From a virus: a stretch of DNA of 64,000 nt. Every line of letters starts with the position of its first letter. Position 1 is the stretch's first letter. The stretch is from IMG/VR virus record IMGVR_UViG_3300045988_141753. The stretch is one strand, 5' to 3'. Below the pieces are notes generated by a model. It was not told the DNA's origin. It searched no databases and saw nothing but the letters and a program-made list of their open reading frames with translations. Shown here piece after piece: positions 1-9,333 of the stretch. The position numbers were made by a program, and so were the translations under genes.

Positions 1-365
1 ACGAGCATCAAGAAGTCTAATCCGCTGCCGAATATTTCTGACATAAATTCACCACCTTTCTTCATTATAGGTATTACAATTAAAATCCATTTATTTGCCA
101 ATATTATAACATCGGTAAAAACTTTTGTCAATAGCGACAATGCATTTATCATTTGTTATACACAAATTATCATACAAACTACACATTAAAAGGAAGTAAT
201 ATTATGAAAGAATGTCCTAATAACTAATCATTATAATTCTTATAAAAAATACTGGAAAGCAATTAGCAGCCATGCTGTTGACATAGATTTTATTTTTAAT
301 TCCGCTCTAAAAAGAGCGTTCAAATACACATTTTATCATAGAAAAAATAAAGGAGCTGTAAAACA

Positions 366-1379
366 ATGAAAGGTTATAAAGTTTTTAACCACGATTGGAC
401 GTGTAGGGGCTTTCAATATTCAGTCGGCAAAACATTTGAAGAAGATGTAATACCCTCCTGTTGTGAAAAAGGCTTTCATTTTTGCACAGAACTAAAAGAT
501 TGCTTTAGTTATTATTGTTTTGACCCGCTTAACAAAATTGCCGAAATCGAAGCCCTTGGCGAAATTGACACAGAAGCAACTGGTAAGAAACACTGCACTA
601 ACAAAATCAAAATTGTCCGTGAAATTTCATGGGAAGAAGTTTTGAAAATGATTAATGTAGGAAAAGCCAACACGGGATTTGGTAACACTGGCAACTATAA
701 TAGTGGCAACTATAATAGTGGCAACTATAATAGTGGTCATTGGAATAGTGGCAACTATAATAGTGGCAACTATAATAGTGGTCATTGGAATAGTGGCACT
801 CGTAATACTGGTAAGAATAATAGTGGTCATTATAATGAAGGCTGGTACAACAGTGGCAATCATAATACTGGTGGTTACAATGCTGGTGATTACAACAGTG
901 GTAACTGCAACGGTGGTAGTTATAACAGCGGTCATTGGAATAGTGGTAATTGGAACAGCGGCTACTACAACTGTGGTAACTGTAACACTGGTGATTGTAA
1001 CAGTGGAGATTTTAACAAAACTAACTTTTCAAATGGTTGCTTTAATACCAAAGAATCAAAAATTTTAATGTTCAATAAGCCTTCTGATTGGAGTATTGAA
1101 GATTGGCGTTATTCAGAAGCAAAAAGACTACTAGATAACATCATGTACAATGTTCTTAAATGGATTTGTTCTTATGAGATGACTGATGAAGAAAAAGAAC
1201 AGCATCCTGAATATGAGATAACAGGTGGCTATTTGAAAAAATGTGATAAATCTGAATGTAATCAACTTTGGTGGGATAGCTTGTCAGACCCTGAAAAGAA
1301 TATCATCAAATCCCTTCCAAATTTTGATGCAGAAATCTTCAAAGAAATTACAGGGATTGATATAAATAAAGGAGTTTAA
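366..1379 (+). CDS. Pentapeptide-like repeat protein (Cys-rich N-domain, 25 G-N-aromatic-N-S/T pentads, conserved C-domain)
   Basis: ATG 366 follows AAAGGAG. Residues ~104-228 are uninterrupted 5-residue units (GNYNS, GHWNS, GDYNS...). The flanking N- and C-domains are non-repetitive. Confidence 0.8.
   Translation: MKGYKVFNHDWTCRGFQYSVGKTFEEDVIPSCCEKGFHFCTELKDCFSYYCFDPLNKIAEIEALGEIDTEATGKKHCTNKIKIVREISWEEVLKMINVGKANTGFGNTGNYNSGNYNSGNYNSGHWNSGNYNSGNYNSGHWNSGTRNTGKNNSGHYNEGWYNSGNHNTGGYNAGDYNSGNCNGGSYNSGHWNSGNWNSGYYNCGNCNTGDCNSGDFNKTNFSNGCFNTKESKILMFNKPSDWSIEDWRYSEAKRLLDNIMYNVLKWICSYEMTDEEKEQHPEYEITGGYLKKCDKSECNQLWWDSLSDPEKNIIKSLPNFDAEIFKEITGIDINKGV
675..1049 (+). repeat. In-frame tandem 15-bp repeat array encoding the pentads
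   Basis: ggcaactataatagt is perfect at 690-734 and 750-779. ggtcattggaatagt occurs at 735-749 and 780-794. The 45-bp block 705-749 is duplicated exactly at 750-794. Copies diverge further downstream. Confidence 0.9.
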
Positions 1380-1996
1380 TGAGCATGAACAAAAGAAAAT
1401 TTAAAATCGGAGAACTTTATCGAGTTGGTTTAGATAGTTTCGGTGATAGAATGACCGAAACTGGAAACATAATAAGGATTAAAGCAATAGAGTATATATA
1501 CAATAACAAAATGGTTAGGTATCAAACAGTTAAGCCAAATGGTGGCGATAGTATGTTTTATATTTATAGCAGTTTTGCTAACTGTTTAAAGAAAATATCG
1601 TCCGATATTGACCGTGAAATTCAGATTACTTTCCACGATAAGACAACGGTTGCGAAAATGAAAGAATACGGCAAGGTAGTAAGAGTTGGCACTTCAAAAT
1701 GTTGTTCTGATGATACATATAGTGCATATATTGGTGCTTTGCTTGCCTTGGCTAGAATATATTTTCCTAACGCTAGTTGTGATAATAAAGAGATACGTTT
1801 TTTTAATACTAAAATAAACCCTAAAGAAAAATCTGAGTATAGATGTGATAAGCAGTTCTCGCACTCTGATATAAATAAAGCAATATACAATTTAATTAGT
1901 AGATATGACATTGCTGATACATGGGTAGCAGAGTCACTGAATAATTTCGGCACTGCGTTGCATGAAGAACTTGAAAATATGAAGGAGGGCAAGTAA
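1379..1996 (+). CDS. hypothetical protein
   Basis: The ATG overlaps the upstream stop (TAATGA). The long ORF is co-directional with its neighbours. No motif recognised. Confidence 0.6.
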   Translation: MSMNKRKFKIGELYRVGLDSFGDRMTETGNIIRIKAIEYIYNNKMVRYQTVKPNGGDSMFYIYSSFANCLKKISSDIDREIQITFHDKTTVAKMKEYGKVVRVGTSKCCSDDTYSAYIGALLALARIYFPNASCDNKEIRFFNTKINPKEKSEYRCDKQFSHSDINKAIYNLISRYDIADTWVAESLNNFGTALHEELENMKEGK

Positions 1997-2316
1997 TGGA
2001 AACATATAACCCAAAGGACGGCAGAAATTGGCACGAGATTAAATATACATTACAACACGGTAAGTATAAGGGTTGGTTTACTACTGAGGTTGGTGGCACT
2101 TGTCGAGGAGCTGATCTTCTTGACCCAGATATTTTTGCTACAATGTGTAGTGTTGATATCGTTTCAAGCAACTGCGAATTTGAGGTTGACGAAGATAACG
2201 AGAGCTTTTCTTGTAGATTGCACGATGATAATGGCAATGACCTTTTCTTTGATTGTTGTGATGAAGAGGATATGAGGGAAATGTTAGTATCAATAGAAAT
2301 CATTAACGTTAGATAA
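1996..2316 (+). CDS. hypothetical acidic protein
   Basis: ATG 1996 overlaps the upstream stop (GTAATGG), preceded by GAAGGAGG. No motif recognised. Confidence 0.6.
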   Translation: METYNPKDGRNWHEIKYTLQHGKYKGWFTTEVGGTCRGADLLDPDIFATMCSVDIVSSNCEFEVDEDNESFSCRLHDDNGNDLFFDCCDEEDMREMLVSIEIINVR

Positions 2317-2433
2317 ACTAAATTTAATGTGCTTTAGAAAGAAGGCATGATAAGATGGTGTGATTTTGAGTTCGCAAAATGATAATTTTATTTGACAACA
2401 AAATCTGATAAATACATAAAAGGAGAAAATAAA

Positions 2434-3477
2434 ATGGCTGAAAAGAAAAATAATAAGGGTCTTGGACTTCAGGAGACAAAGGGTAGTTTTCAGATAAGAG
2501 GAAAACTGACAGGCTGTGATAAGGACAAGTTCTATACAGAACTGACAACCTCTACAGGCAAGCCAATGAGAATGGTTAATGTAGGAGTTGAAATTGACAA
2601 GAATAAGTCTGTATATATAAATCTAAACGGTATGGAAAGAGACGTAGTATACTTCTCTAAGACCGAGGGCAAGGGTAAGGATAGAAAGACAACAACAGAA
2701 AAGGTAAAGTGGGCAGATAGGTTTACTTTTAACAAAAAGGATTTTAGACCTATTGGAATTAATCTTGGCTTGACAAAGGTTACTGACTCAACAGGTAAGG
2801 AAGTAAACGACAAGAAGATACTTGTTGAATACGACGCCTGCAAGTACATAGCAGATAATGCAAAGGACGGTATGTCCGTGTTTGTCAGAGGAAAGAATGA
2901 GTTTTCCACCTATCAGGATAGACACCAGACAAGATTTGTTCCGTCACAAGTGTCGCTTTGTAAGGACGTAGATTTTGACTCAGAAGAATTTAATGTGATT
3001 GGCAATTTTGAACAGGTCATTGTATTCATGGGCATTGAAAAGAATGATGAGGGTAACTTCACCGTATCTGCAAAGATTGTAACATACGATTCTATAGAAG
3101 ATGCCGAATTTATTATTGACAAGTCAAAGTCAAAGTTTGCAAGCACTCTAAGAAAGCTCAAGCCATATACAGCCCTTAAAGTATTCGGAGATATCGTAAT
3201 AGAACATGATATTGAAGAAATTGAGGAAGATGATGATGACGGTTGGGGCGAAAGCAACCCTATGGACAGAGTGAACAATCCGACAAAGAGAATACTTCTC
3301 ATTACTGGAGCTGATAAGGATAGCGTAGATACAGAGCTATATTCGGAGGAGATAATTGATAAGGCTATCGCAAAGACAAAGGCTACTGAAAACGCAAATA
3401 AGGACTTTGGCTCTGATGATAATGATTGGGGTTCTGTTTCAGATAATGATCTGACAGACGAGGATGATGAATGGTAA
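2434..3477 (+). CDS. Single-stranded DNA-binding protein-like (acidic C-terminal tail)
   Basis: ATG 2434 follows AAAGGAG. The C-terminus ...DNDLTDEDDEW is an acidic tail ending in an aromatic residue, as in SSB and gp2.5-type proteins. It sits at the head of the replication module. Confidence 0.5.
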   Translation: MAEKKNNKGLGLQETKGSFQIRGKLTGCDKDKFYTELTTSTGKPMRMVNVGVEIDKNKSVYINLNGMERDVVYFSKTEGKGKDRKTTTEKVKWADRFTFNKKDFRPIGINLGLTKVTDSTGKEVNDKKILVEYDACKYIADNAKDGMSVFVRGKNEFSTYQDRHQTRFVPSQVSLCKDVDFDSEEFNVIGNFEQVIVFMGIEKNDEGNFTVSAKIVTYDSIEDAEFIIDKSKSKFASTLRKLKPYTALKVFGDIVIEHDIEEIEEDDDDGWGESNPMDRVNNPTKRILLITGADKDSVDTELYSEEIIDKAIAKTKATENANKDFGSDDNDWGSVSDNDLTDEDDEW

Positions 3478-3535
3478 ATTGTTGCTACTCACCATTATTA
3501 ATAACGAAACGATAAAATAAAAGGAGATAAAAAAT

Positions 3536-3957
3536 ATGGCTAGAGCAAGAAAAGCGACACAGACACAGAGCAAGCTTCAGATGATACTTTTTGGAGAAGA
3601 AGGTACAGGCAAGTCAACACTTGCCTTGCAGCTTGCTTATTTTAAAAGACCTGACGGCAAGCCATTTAGAGTTCTTTACATAGATAATGAGTGTGGTTCT
3701 ATTGATGATTTTATCGGTGGACTCGAAGCTGACAGCATTAACACTGAGAATATTTATATCGTGTACACTCAATCCCTTGGTGAAACAAGAGAATACATAA
3801 ATAAGGTTAAGAACAAGGAAGATTTTCATGTTCTCGATGATGAGGGTAACGAAACAGACGAGGTTGTACTTGACGGAGATGGTGAACCATTCAGAGCTGA
3901 TGCTATTGTAGTTGATGGTACAACTATTCTTAACCTGACAACTAAGCAGAAAACTGT
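3536..3957 (+). CDS. AAA_24/Sak4-like ATPase, exon 1
   Basis: AAGGAG RBS. Walker A is FGEEGTGKST and a Walker B-like stretch is AIVVDG. The frame stops 5 codons after ...LTTKQKTV. The 3' boundary is inferred. Confidence 0.7.
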
Positions 3958-5422
3958 GTATATTATTCTTTAATATGTGCAGAAAACTGTGCTAATATAG
4001 CGATATGTTAGTAACCATAATTTTAATTGTTGAGTAGATAAAACATAAAGAAGGATGTGACTTAATGCAAAAGTCAGAAAGGTGGATGTCACAAGAAAAA
4101 TATGAAAAAAGAATACTTGAAATAATAGAACGTGAGGCTATTCCTTATGAATATCTTGGAATGGATGAGTATATTGGGAACAAAACAAAAGTTAATTTCC
4201 GATGTAAAATACATAATAATGTGTTTAAAACGGTAATTAATAATTTTTTAACAAGACATTCGGGATGCTGTGAATGTAGCCAAAATAAAAGATGGAACTG
4301 GCAGGAACGTATTCAACAGTGTGAAGAAAGAATAAGAAAAGAAAATCTTCCATACACTTTCACTATTGATAAAACAAAATATAAAAATCAACGTTCGCCA
4401 ATTAATATTCATTGTAATCATTGCGATAAAGATTGGACAACAACTATCGCACAATTTCTTAACAAAAAATGTAAATGTCCCTCATGTACTCCTTATCACA
4501 GACGATATTCTATTGAAGATAGAAAAAAACAAGTTCTGCAAATAATTGATTTAGAAAAATTGGATTACCGTTTAATAAAAATCGATGATGATTATAACAC
4601 AAAGTATTCAATGACTAAATTGCACTTGTATTGTAACAAATGCGAATGTGAGTGGACAACAAAAATAAACGATTTCGTAAATTCAGGTCATCGTTGTCCA
4701 CATTGTAACAAGTCGACAGGAGAAACAAAAATTTCTACTTTCTTAAAAGAACATAATGTGAATTTTGAAAGAGAATACAGATTTAATGACTGTAAATATA
4801 AATACCGATTGCCATTTGATTTTTATTTACAGGAATATAATCTTTGTATTGAATATGATGGCATACAGCATTTTAAACCAGTTACATTTGCAGGAAAAAA
4901 TGATTTATTTTGTACTGAAAGATTTAGGCAAACAGTAGAAAAAGATAATATTAAAAATCAGTTTTGTTTAGACAGAGGAATTAAATTGCTCAGATTTAAT
5001 TATCTACATTCAGATAGTTATATACAAAACACATTACTCAACGAATTAAAATTAGAAGATGTTAAATGCGAGGAAATCTTAAAGGCTTAATCTACCACAC
5101 TATATAATTGAAAACGATAAAATAGAATGGTTACGAAAGTAGAAAAAAAGATTAAGTATGCTCTATGGTTAAATCCTAATGAGTAGCTGTTTGTACAGCA
5201 AAGTTGATGTTTCGCAGGGAATTTCCTAAGTTGCATATGCAATATGGAAAACCTTCAACGACTATCTCACTTGGTTGGTGAGAGTAAACCCACAAGCTAA
5301 TGGTGGAAGAAAAATATCACTCTTTTAATTTGAAAGAGGAACATATAGTCTGCACTTGTATGAAAATACAAGAAGTTCATAAGAGAACTGCTACAGTTTT
5401 GCGAGCTGTAGTGAACATAATG
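3958..5422 (+). mobile_element. Group I intron (td-like core) carrying a homing-endonuclease ORF
   Basis: Splits the ATPase gene. AACGACTAT (5257-5265) pairs with ATAGTCT (5345-5351), a P7-type pair. The 3' end GTGAACATAATG resembles the T4 td intron end ...GAACATAATG. The 5' boundary is good to only a few nt. Confidence 0.7.
4065..5090 (+). CDS. Intron-encoded endonuclease candidate: three zinc-ribbon modules plus a Vsr/PD-(D/E)XK-like C-domain
   Basis: GAAGGATG RBS region. Three repeats of C-x2-H/C...C-x2-C. The C-terminus GETKISTFL...LPFDFYL...CIEYDGIQHF matches the restriction-endonuclease-like fold seen in DUF559/Vsr-type proteins. Confidence 0.6.
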   Translation: MQKSERWMSQEKYEKRILEIIEREAIPYEYLGMDEYIGNKTKVNFRCKIHNNVFKTVINNFLTRHSGCCECSQNKRWNWQERIQQCEERIRKENLPYTFTIDKTKYKNQRSPINIHCNHCDKDWTTTIAQFLNKKCKCPSCTPYHRRYSIEDRKKQVLQIIDLEKLDYRLIKIDDDYNTKYSMTKLHLYCNKCECEWTTKINDFVNSGHRCPHCNKSTGETKISTFLKEHNVNFEREYRFNDCKYKYRLPFDFYLQEYNLCIEYDGIQHFKPVTFAGKNDLFCTERFRQTVEKDNIKNQFCLDRGIKLLRFNYLHSDSYIQNTLLNELKLEDVKCEEILKA

Positions 5423-6179
5423 GGCACTTGTGGAGTTCTCTAAGAAGAGAAACACTGTCAAAGCAAAGAAAAAGGAACTAACTGGCATTGAAAAAACTGT
5501 AACTATTGAAGGTGCAGGACTTGAACTTAAAGATTATCAGACAGTTAATTTTAAGGGACAGGATTTGATACTTGATCTCATGTCCTGCGGCGCACACTTT
5601 ATTGTGACCGCAAGAGAAACAGACGAAAAGGTTTCCGTAAAGGGTGACGATGGTAAAATTACCAGCGTTGCAACAGGCAGAAAAATTCCTGACGGCTTTA
5701 AGCAGATGAACTATAATGTTAAAACTGTTGTAAGAATGTACATTAATGAGGATAATAATTTCTGTGCGTATATCAGCAAGGACAGGACAGGTGTACACGA
5801 TAAGGAAACAGTTGAAGATTTGTCACTTGTTGATTGGCAGGTCATTATTGATAGAACAAAGGACAAGAAAGAGTTTTCTGTTAAGAATGATCTCACAAAG
5901 GCTGTCGATATTGAGCAGGATATTTATACAAAGGAAGTTATGGGCAAGGTTGGAGAACCAGTTGATAGTATTGAAACAAATGAAAACTCTGCCGAAAATC
6001 AGACAACAGAACTTCTTGATAAGATTTCAGCCGTTATGAAAAGTCTTAATCCTGTCGGTAAGACAAAGGCAAAGGAGGCTCTTTCTGCCGAAAGTCTGCC
6101 TGTTAAGTCAACAGAAATGAAGAAGATTACAGATATTAAGACTCTTGAAAGGGTTCTTGAAGTTATTTCTAAGATTTAA
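5423..6179 (+). CDS. AAA_24/Sak4-like ATPase, exon 2
   Basis: The frame is open from 5421 with no credible RBS or ATG. It encodes ...AHFIVTARETDEK..., the sensor region typical of this family. Joined product: ...LTTKQKTV|ALVEFSKKRN... Confidence 0.7.
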
Positions 6180-6196
6180 TTTTTTATAAATGAAGC

Positions 6197-6230
6197 AGTG
6201 AGGGTTATTCCCTCACTTGCCTTTATTTAG
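6197..6230 (+). terminator. Hairpin + T-rich tract after the ATPase gene
   Basis: agtgaggg (6197-6204) and ccctcact (6210-6217) with loop ttatt, followed by tgcctttattt. Confidence 0.5.
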
Positions 6231-6235
6231 TTATT

Positions 6236-6739
6236 TTGATTAAGGCGGTGAAATACTTGGCAAAAAGAAGAACAAAAGAACAGATAGAGAAAGACAAACA
6301 GGACAAAAAAACAAGAATACAATTTACAGATTGGCTATATAAACAATATGATATTTCATTCTTGCCAAAATATTTTTTTGTAAATCTTGATAAGGTGTAT
6401 AAAGGCACTTATAAGAATTTGAATAAACCTGTTCCTGTCGAAGATTTATGGGATATGTGGCGAAAGAAAATGTCATTTCTTCGTAAAGTACACGAGTTTA
6501 ATACTCGTAAAGGTAAAAAAATCGAAGGTGCAGCGTTAGTTACATATGATCTCGCTATTATCCTATCTAAATATGATGGTTATTTGAAATGGAAAGAAGA
6601 ACAGGCATTGGCTAAAACAGGTACAAGCGAAGAACAAGTTAATATAGATTATGAAAAAATGGCAACATCAAAGTCTCCCAAAGAACGTGATAAAAATAAT
6701 GACAGCCTTGATATTGACAGTATCATTGATGAAATTTAG
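6236..6739 (+). CDS. hypothetical protein
   Basis: Open frame between the ATPase terminator and the helicase. There is no 5' ATG; candidate starts are TTG 6236 or TTG 6257 (AAGGCGGTG upstream). No motif recognised. Confidence 0.45.
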   Translation: MIKAVKYLAKRRTKEQIEKDKQDKKTRIQFTDWLYKQYDISFLPKYFFVNLDKVYKGTYKNLNKPVPVEDLWDMWRKKMSFLRKVHEFNTRKGKKIEGAALVTYDLAIILSKYDGYLKWKEEQALAKTGTSEEQVNIDYEKMATSKSPKERDKNNDSLDIDSIIDEI

Positions 6740-6752
6740 GTAGGTGACAAAC

Positions 6753-8276
6753 ATGGATATTATAACAAACGTTCCTACCGAAGTTCTATTTGTGGGTTGT
6801 ATTTACAAACAGCCTGATTTGCTGGTAAATTACGGACAATATATCCGTAGTAAATACGATTTTTCAGATGAAGTCACTCGTTTTTTTTACGATTCAGCTG
6901 AAATAATCTATAAAACGAGAACACAAACATTCAATAAAACTACTATTTTAACTTATTTTTCAGAAGAGCCTGAAAGACTTTCTTTGTACAAAAAGTATGG
7001 CGGTTGGAAAACTCTTGACAGTTGGATGAAAATTGCTATAACCGATGACATTGGCAAGTATCAGGAAATCATTAAAAAGTATTCTTTGTTGAGAGAGTAT
7101 CAAAGAAATGGCTTTGATATTACAAAAATTGTACAACATAAAAAGTTTGAACAATTTACGGCTTCAGACATCTATAGATTAATTAGAGGTAAAGCAGATA
7201 GAATACATACGGTGATCTTGACAAATCAAGAAGCCGAAATTCTGAATAATCATATTAAGCAATCGCTTATTGCGTGTATGGAAAAGCCTGATTTGGGTGT
7301 ATCACTTCCCTTTCCTATCCTAAATGATATATTTAGGGGCTGTAAACTAGGCTCGACAATGGCTATTGGTATGCTTTCCAATGCAGGAAAATCACGATTT
7401 ATGACAAAAATAATTGCTTATTTAACGCTTGTAAAGCATGAAAGAGTCTTTGTAATGCTTAATGAAATGGGTGTGGACGATCTCAGAAAGTGTTTAATTA
7501 CAACGTGTATAAACAATGCTGAGTTTCAAAAGTTACACGGCATAAAGTTGAAAAAGCCTGAAAAGGAACTAACACTTGGTTTGTACAAGGATCAATCAGG
7601 TGAATACATATATCAGAAAACAGACGATTGGGGAGAGTCAACAGAAACTTTACAAGAGTACATTCAAAGGGTCGCTGAAAATTCAGAGGAATATGTAAAA
7701 ATAATGAAAATTGCTGAATGGATTGAGGCTGAAACTAATGAGCTTATTCTCGTTAAGGATATGGCTGGCGGTTATGACGATAAAACGCTTGAATTTGAAA
7801 TACGGAAAGCTAATCTAACTCATGGTGCAAAATACTTCTTCTACGATACTTGCAAGCAAGACACGCAAGCTACAGGAGATTGGGCGGCTTTAAAAGCAAC
7901 AGTAACAAAGCTCACTGATTTAGCAAAGCAGTTGAATATGTTTGGCTATCTTTCAATTCAGCTTACAGACGATACGGAGTTTTGTAAACCTGACGAGCTT
8001 AATTCTAATAATATTGCTAATGCAAAACAGCTAAAGCATATTATATGGACGATGACACTGTTTAAAGAAATATCTGTTGGAGATTTTCATAAATATCGCT
8101 ATGTTCAGCATGATGCTGAATGGGGCAAAGATGTTGAATGTGAACTTAAAGTTGGCAAGAGGTATTATGTGGGCAATGTAGACAAAAATAGATTTGGTTG
8201 TAAAAAGAAAGTTGTATTTGAAGTTGACTTGGATCTAAACACTTGGTATGAAGTCGGAGAATTAAGAAGAAAGTGA
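6753..8276 (+). CDS. DnaB-like replicative helicase
   Basis: ATG 6753 follows TAGGTAGGTG. Walker A is GMLSNAGKSRF and a Walker B-like stretch is YFFYDTCKQD. It lies directly upstream of the primase. Confidence 0.7.
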   Translation: MDIITNVPTEVLFVGCIYKQPDLLVNYGQYIRSKYDFSDEVTRFFYDSAEIIYKTRTQTFNKTTILTYFSEEPERLSLYKKYGGWKTLDSWMKIAITDDIGKYQEIIKKYSLLREYQRNGFDITKIVQHKKFEQFTASDIYRLIRGKADRIHTVILTNQEAEILNNHIKQSLIACMEKPDLGVSLPFPILNDIFRGCKLGSTMAIGMLSNAGKSRFMTKIIAYLTLVKHERVFVMLNEMGVDDLRKCLITTCINNAEFQKLHGIKLKKPEKELTLGLYKDQSGEYIYQKTDDWGESTETLQEYIQRVAENSEEYVKIMKIAEWIEAETNELILVKDMAGGYDDKTLEFEIRKANLTHGAKYFFYDTCKQDTQATGDWAALKATVTKLTDLAKQLNMFGYLSIQLTDDTEFCKPDELNSNNIANAKQLKHIIWTMTLFKEISVGDFHKYRYVQHDAEWGKDVECELKVGKRYYVGNVDKNRFGCKKKVVFEVDLDLNTWYEVGELRRK

Positions 8277-8283
8277 GGATAAA

Positions 8284-9333
8284 ATGGATATTTCTGTCCT
8301 CAAAGAAAAGATACTAGAGAACAATTATGTTCCTGTCATACTTGACGAAATAGGTTGTCACCATATTTCCTGCAAAGTAGGTTATGTTCAGTGTGGCAAT
8401 CCTGATGGAGATAATCAAGGGGCGATCACCGTTTATCTCAATGAAGGTCTTTTAACTGTTGACTACACACGAGAAATACATAGTAGTTCAGGCTTGGATC
8501 AGATAGATATTTTTGACCTTGTGCAATTTTTTTGTAGTTGTACGTTTTATGAAGCTGTTCGCAAAGTTTGTAATTGGTGCGGTATTGACTATTATAAAGA
8601 CGAATATAACGATTTGCCCGAAAGTCTAAAGTTCACAAAATTTATATCTGAAATGGCAGATGATGAGTCTAATTACGAAGAAATGCAACCTTTAAAGCCA
8701 ATTAAGGAAAATGTTCTATCGTACTACTTCCCTGCCGTTAATGATTATTTCTTGAAAGATAATATCTCATATGATACTCAAATGCTGTTTGAAATAGGTT
8801 ATGACGATGTTTCCAATCGAATTACAATTCCTGTAAGAGATGAAATGGGGACATTGGTCGGTGTTAAGGGTAGACTATTTTTAAAGCAAGAAGAAATGAC
8901 AGAAGAAGAACAAAGAGTTAAGTATATATATTTGGAGCGTTGTAACAGAGCTAGACTATTATATGGACTTTATTTATCCGAAAAATATATAGCTCGGACA
9001 GGCTACGTTTATGTGGTTGAAGCTGAAAAAGGTGTTATGCAACTTTGGAACATGGGAATAAAAAATTGCGTAGCAACTTGCGGTAAGAAAATAAGCCAAT
9101 ATCAAATAAATATGCTGACAAGACTGAGTTCTCATATTATATTTTGCTTTGATAAAGATGTAACCATAGACGAGTTAAACGATATAGCGGACAAATTTCT
9201 GGATTGTATTCAAATCAGTGCTATTGTTGATACTGAAAATTTACTGGAAGAAAAAGAAAGCCCAACAGATAATCCCGATAAGTTTAAACAGTTAATTGCC
9301 AAATATACGCAAGTTATAAAGAATGGGAAGTGA
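8284..9333 (+). CDS. DnaG-type primase (Zn-binding N-domain + TOPRIM)
   Basis: N-terminal Cys/His cluster (CHHISC...CGNPDG). TOPRIM Glu in YVVEAEKG and DxD in FCFDKDV. Confidence 0.7.
   Translation: MDISVLKEKILENNYVPVILDEIGCHHISCKVGYVQCGNPDGDNQGAITVYLNEGLLTVDYTREIHSSSGLDQIDIFDLVQFFCSCTFYEAVRKVCNWCGIDYYKDEYNDLPESLKFTKFISEMADDESNYEEMQPLKPIKENVLSYYFPAVNDYFLKDNISYDTQMLFEIGYDDVSNRITIPVRDEMGTLVGVKGRLFLKQEEMTEEEQRVKYIYLERCNRARLLYGLYLSEKYIARTGYVYVVEAEKGVMQLWNMGIKNCVATCGKKISQYQINMLTRLSSHIIFCFDKDVTIDELNDIADKFLDCIQISAIVDTENLLEEKESPTDNPDKFKQLIAKYTQVIKNGK

Noticed and set aside
1-65. Possible leftward gene start at the window edge (ATG at 44 after AAAGGTGG on the minus strand, or ATG at 65).
   Set aside because: Only about 14-21 codons are visible before the window ends. 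That is too short to support as a feature.
125-320. TTGTC-aatagc-GACAA palindrome (125-140), a TTGACA hexamer at 278 and a small hairpin at 303-319, all upstream of the first gene.
   Set aside because: No acceptable -10 element lies at the right spacing from either -35-like hexamer. The palindrome alone is not enough to call an operator.
675-1049. The tandem 15-bp repeats as a possible CRISPR array or minisatellite.
   Set aside because: The repeats are contiguous with no spacers. They are in frame and encode the pentad motif of a clearly coding gene.
627-1068. ORFs 627-935 (-) and 679-1068 (+), which overlap the pentapeptide-repeat gene.
   Set aside because: Both are low-complexity Ile/Val/Thr translations of the alternate frames of the 15-bp repeats. 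They are artefacts of the repeat periodicity and have no start signals.
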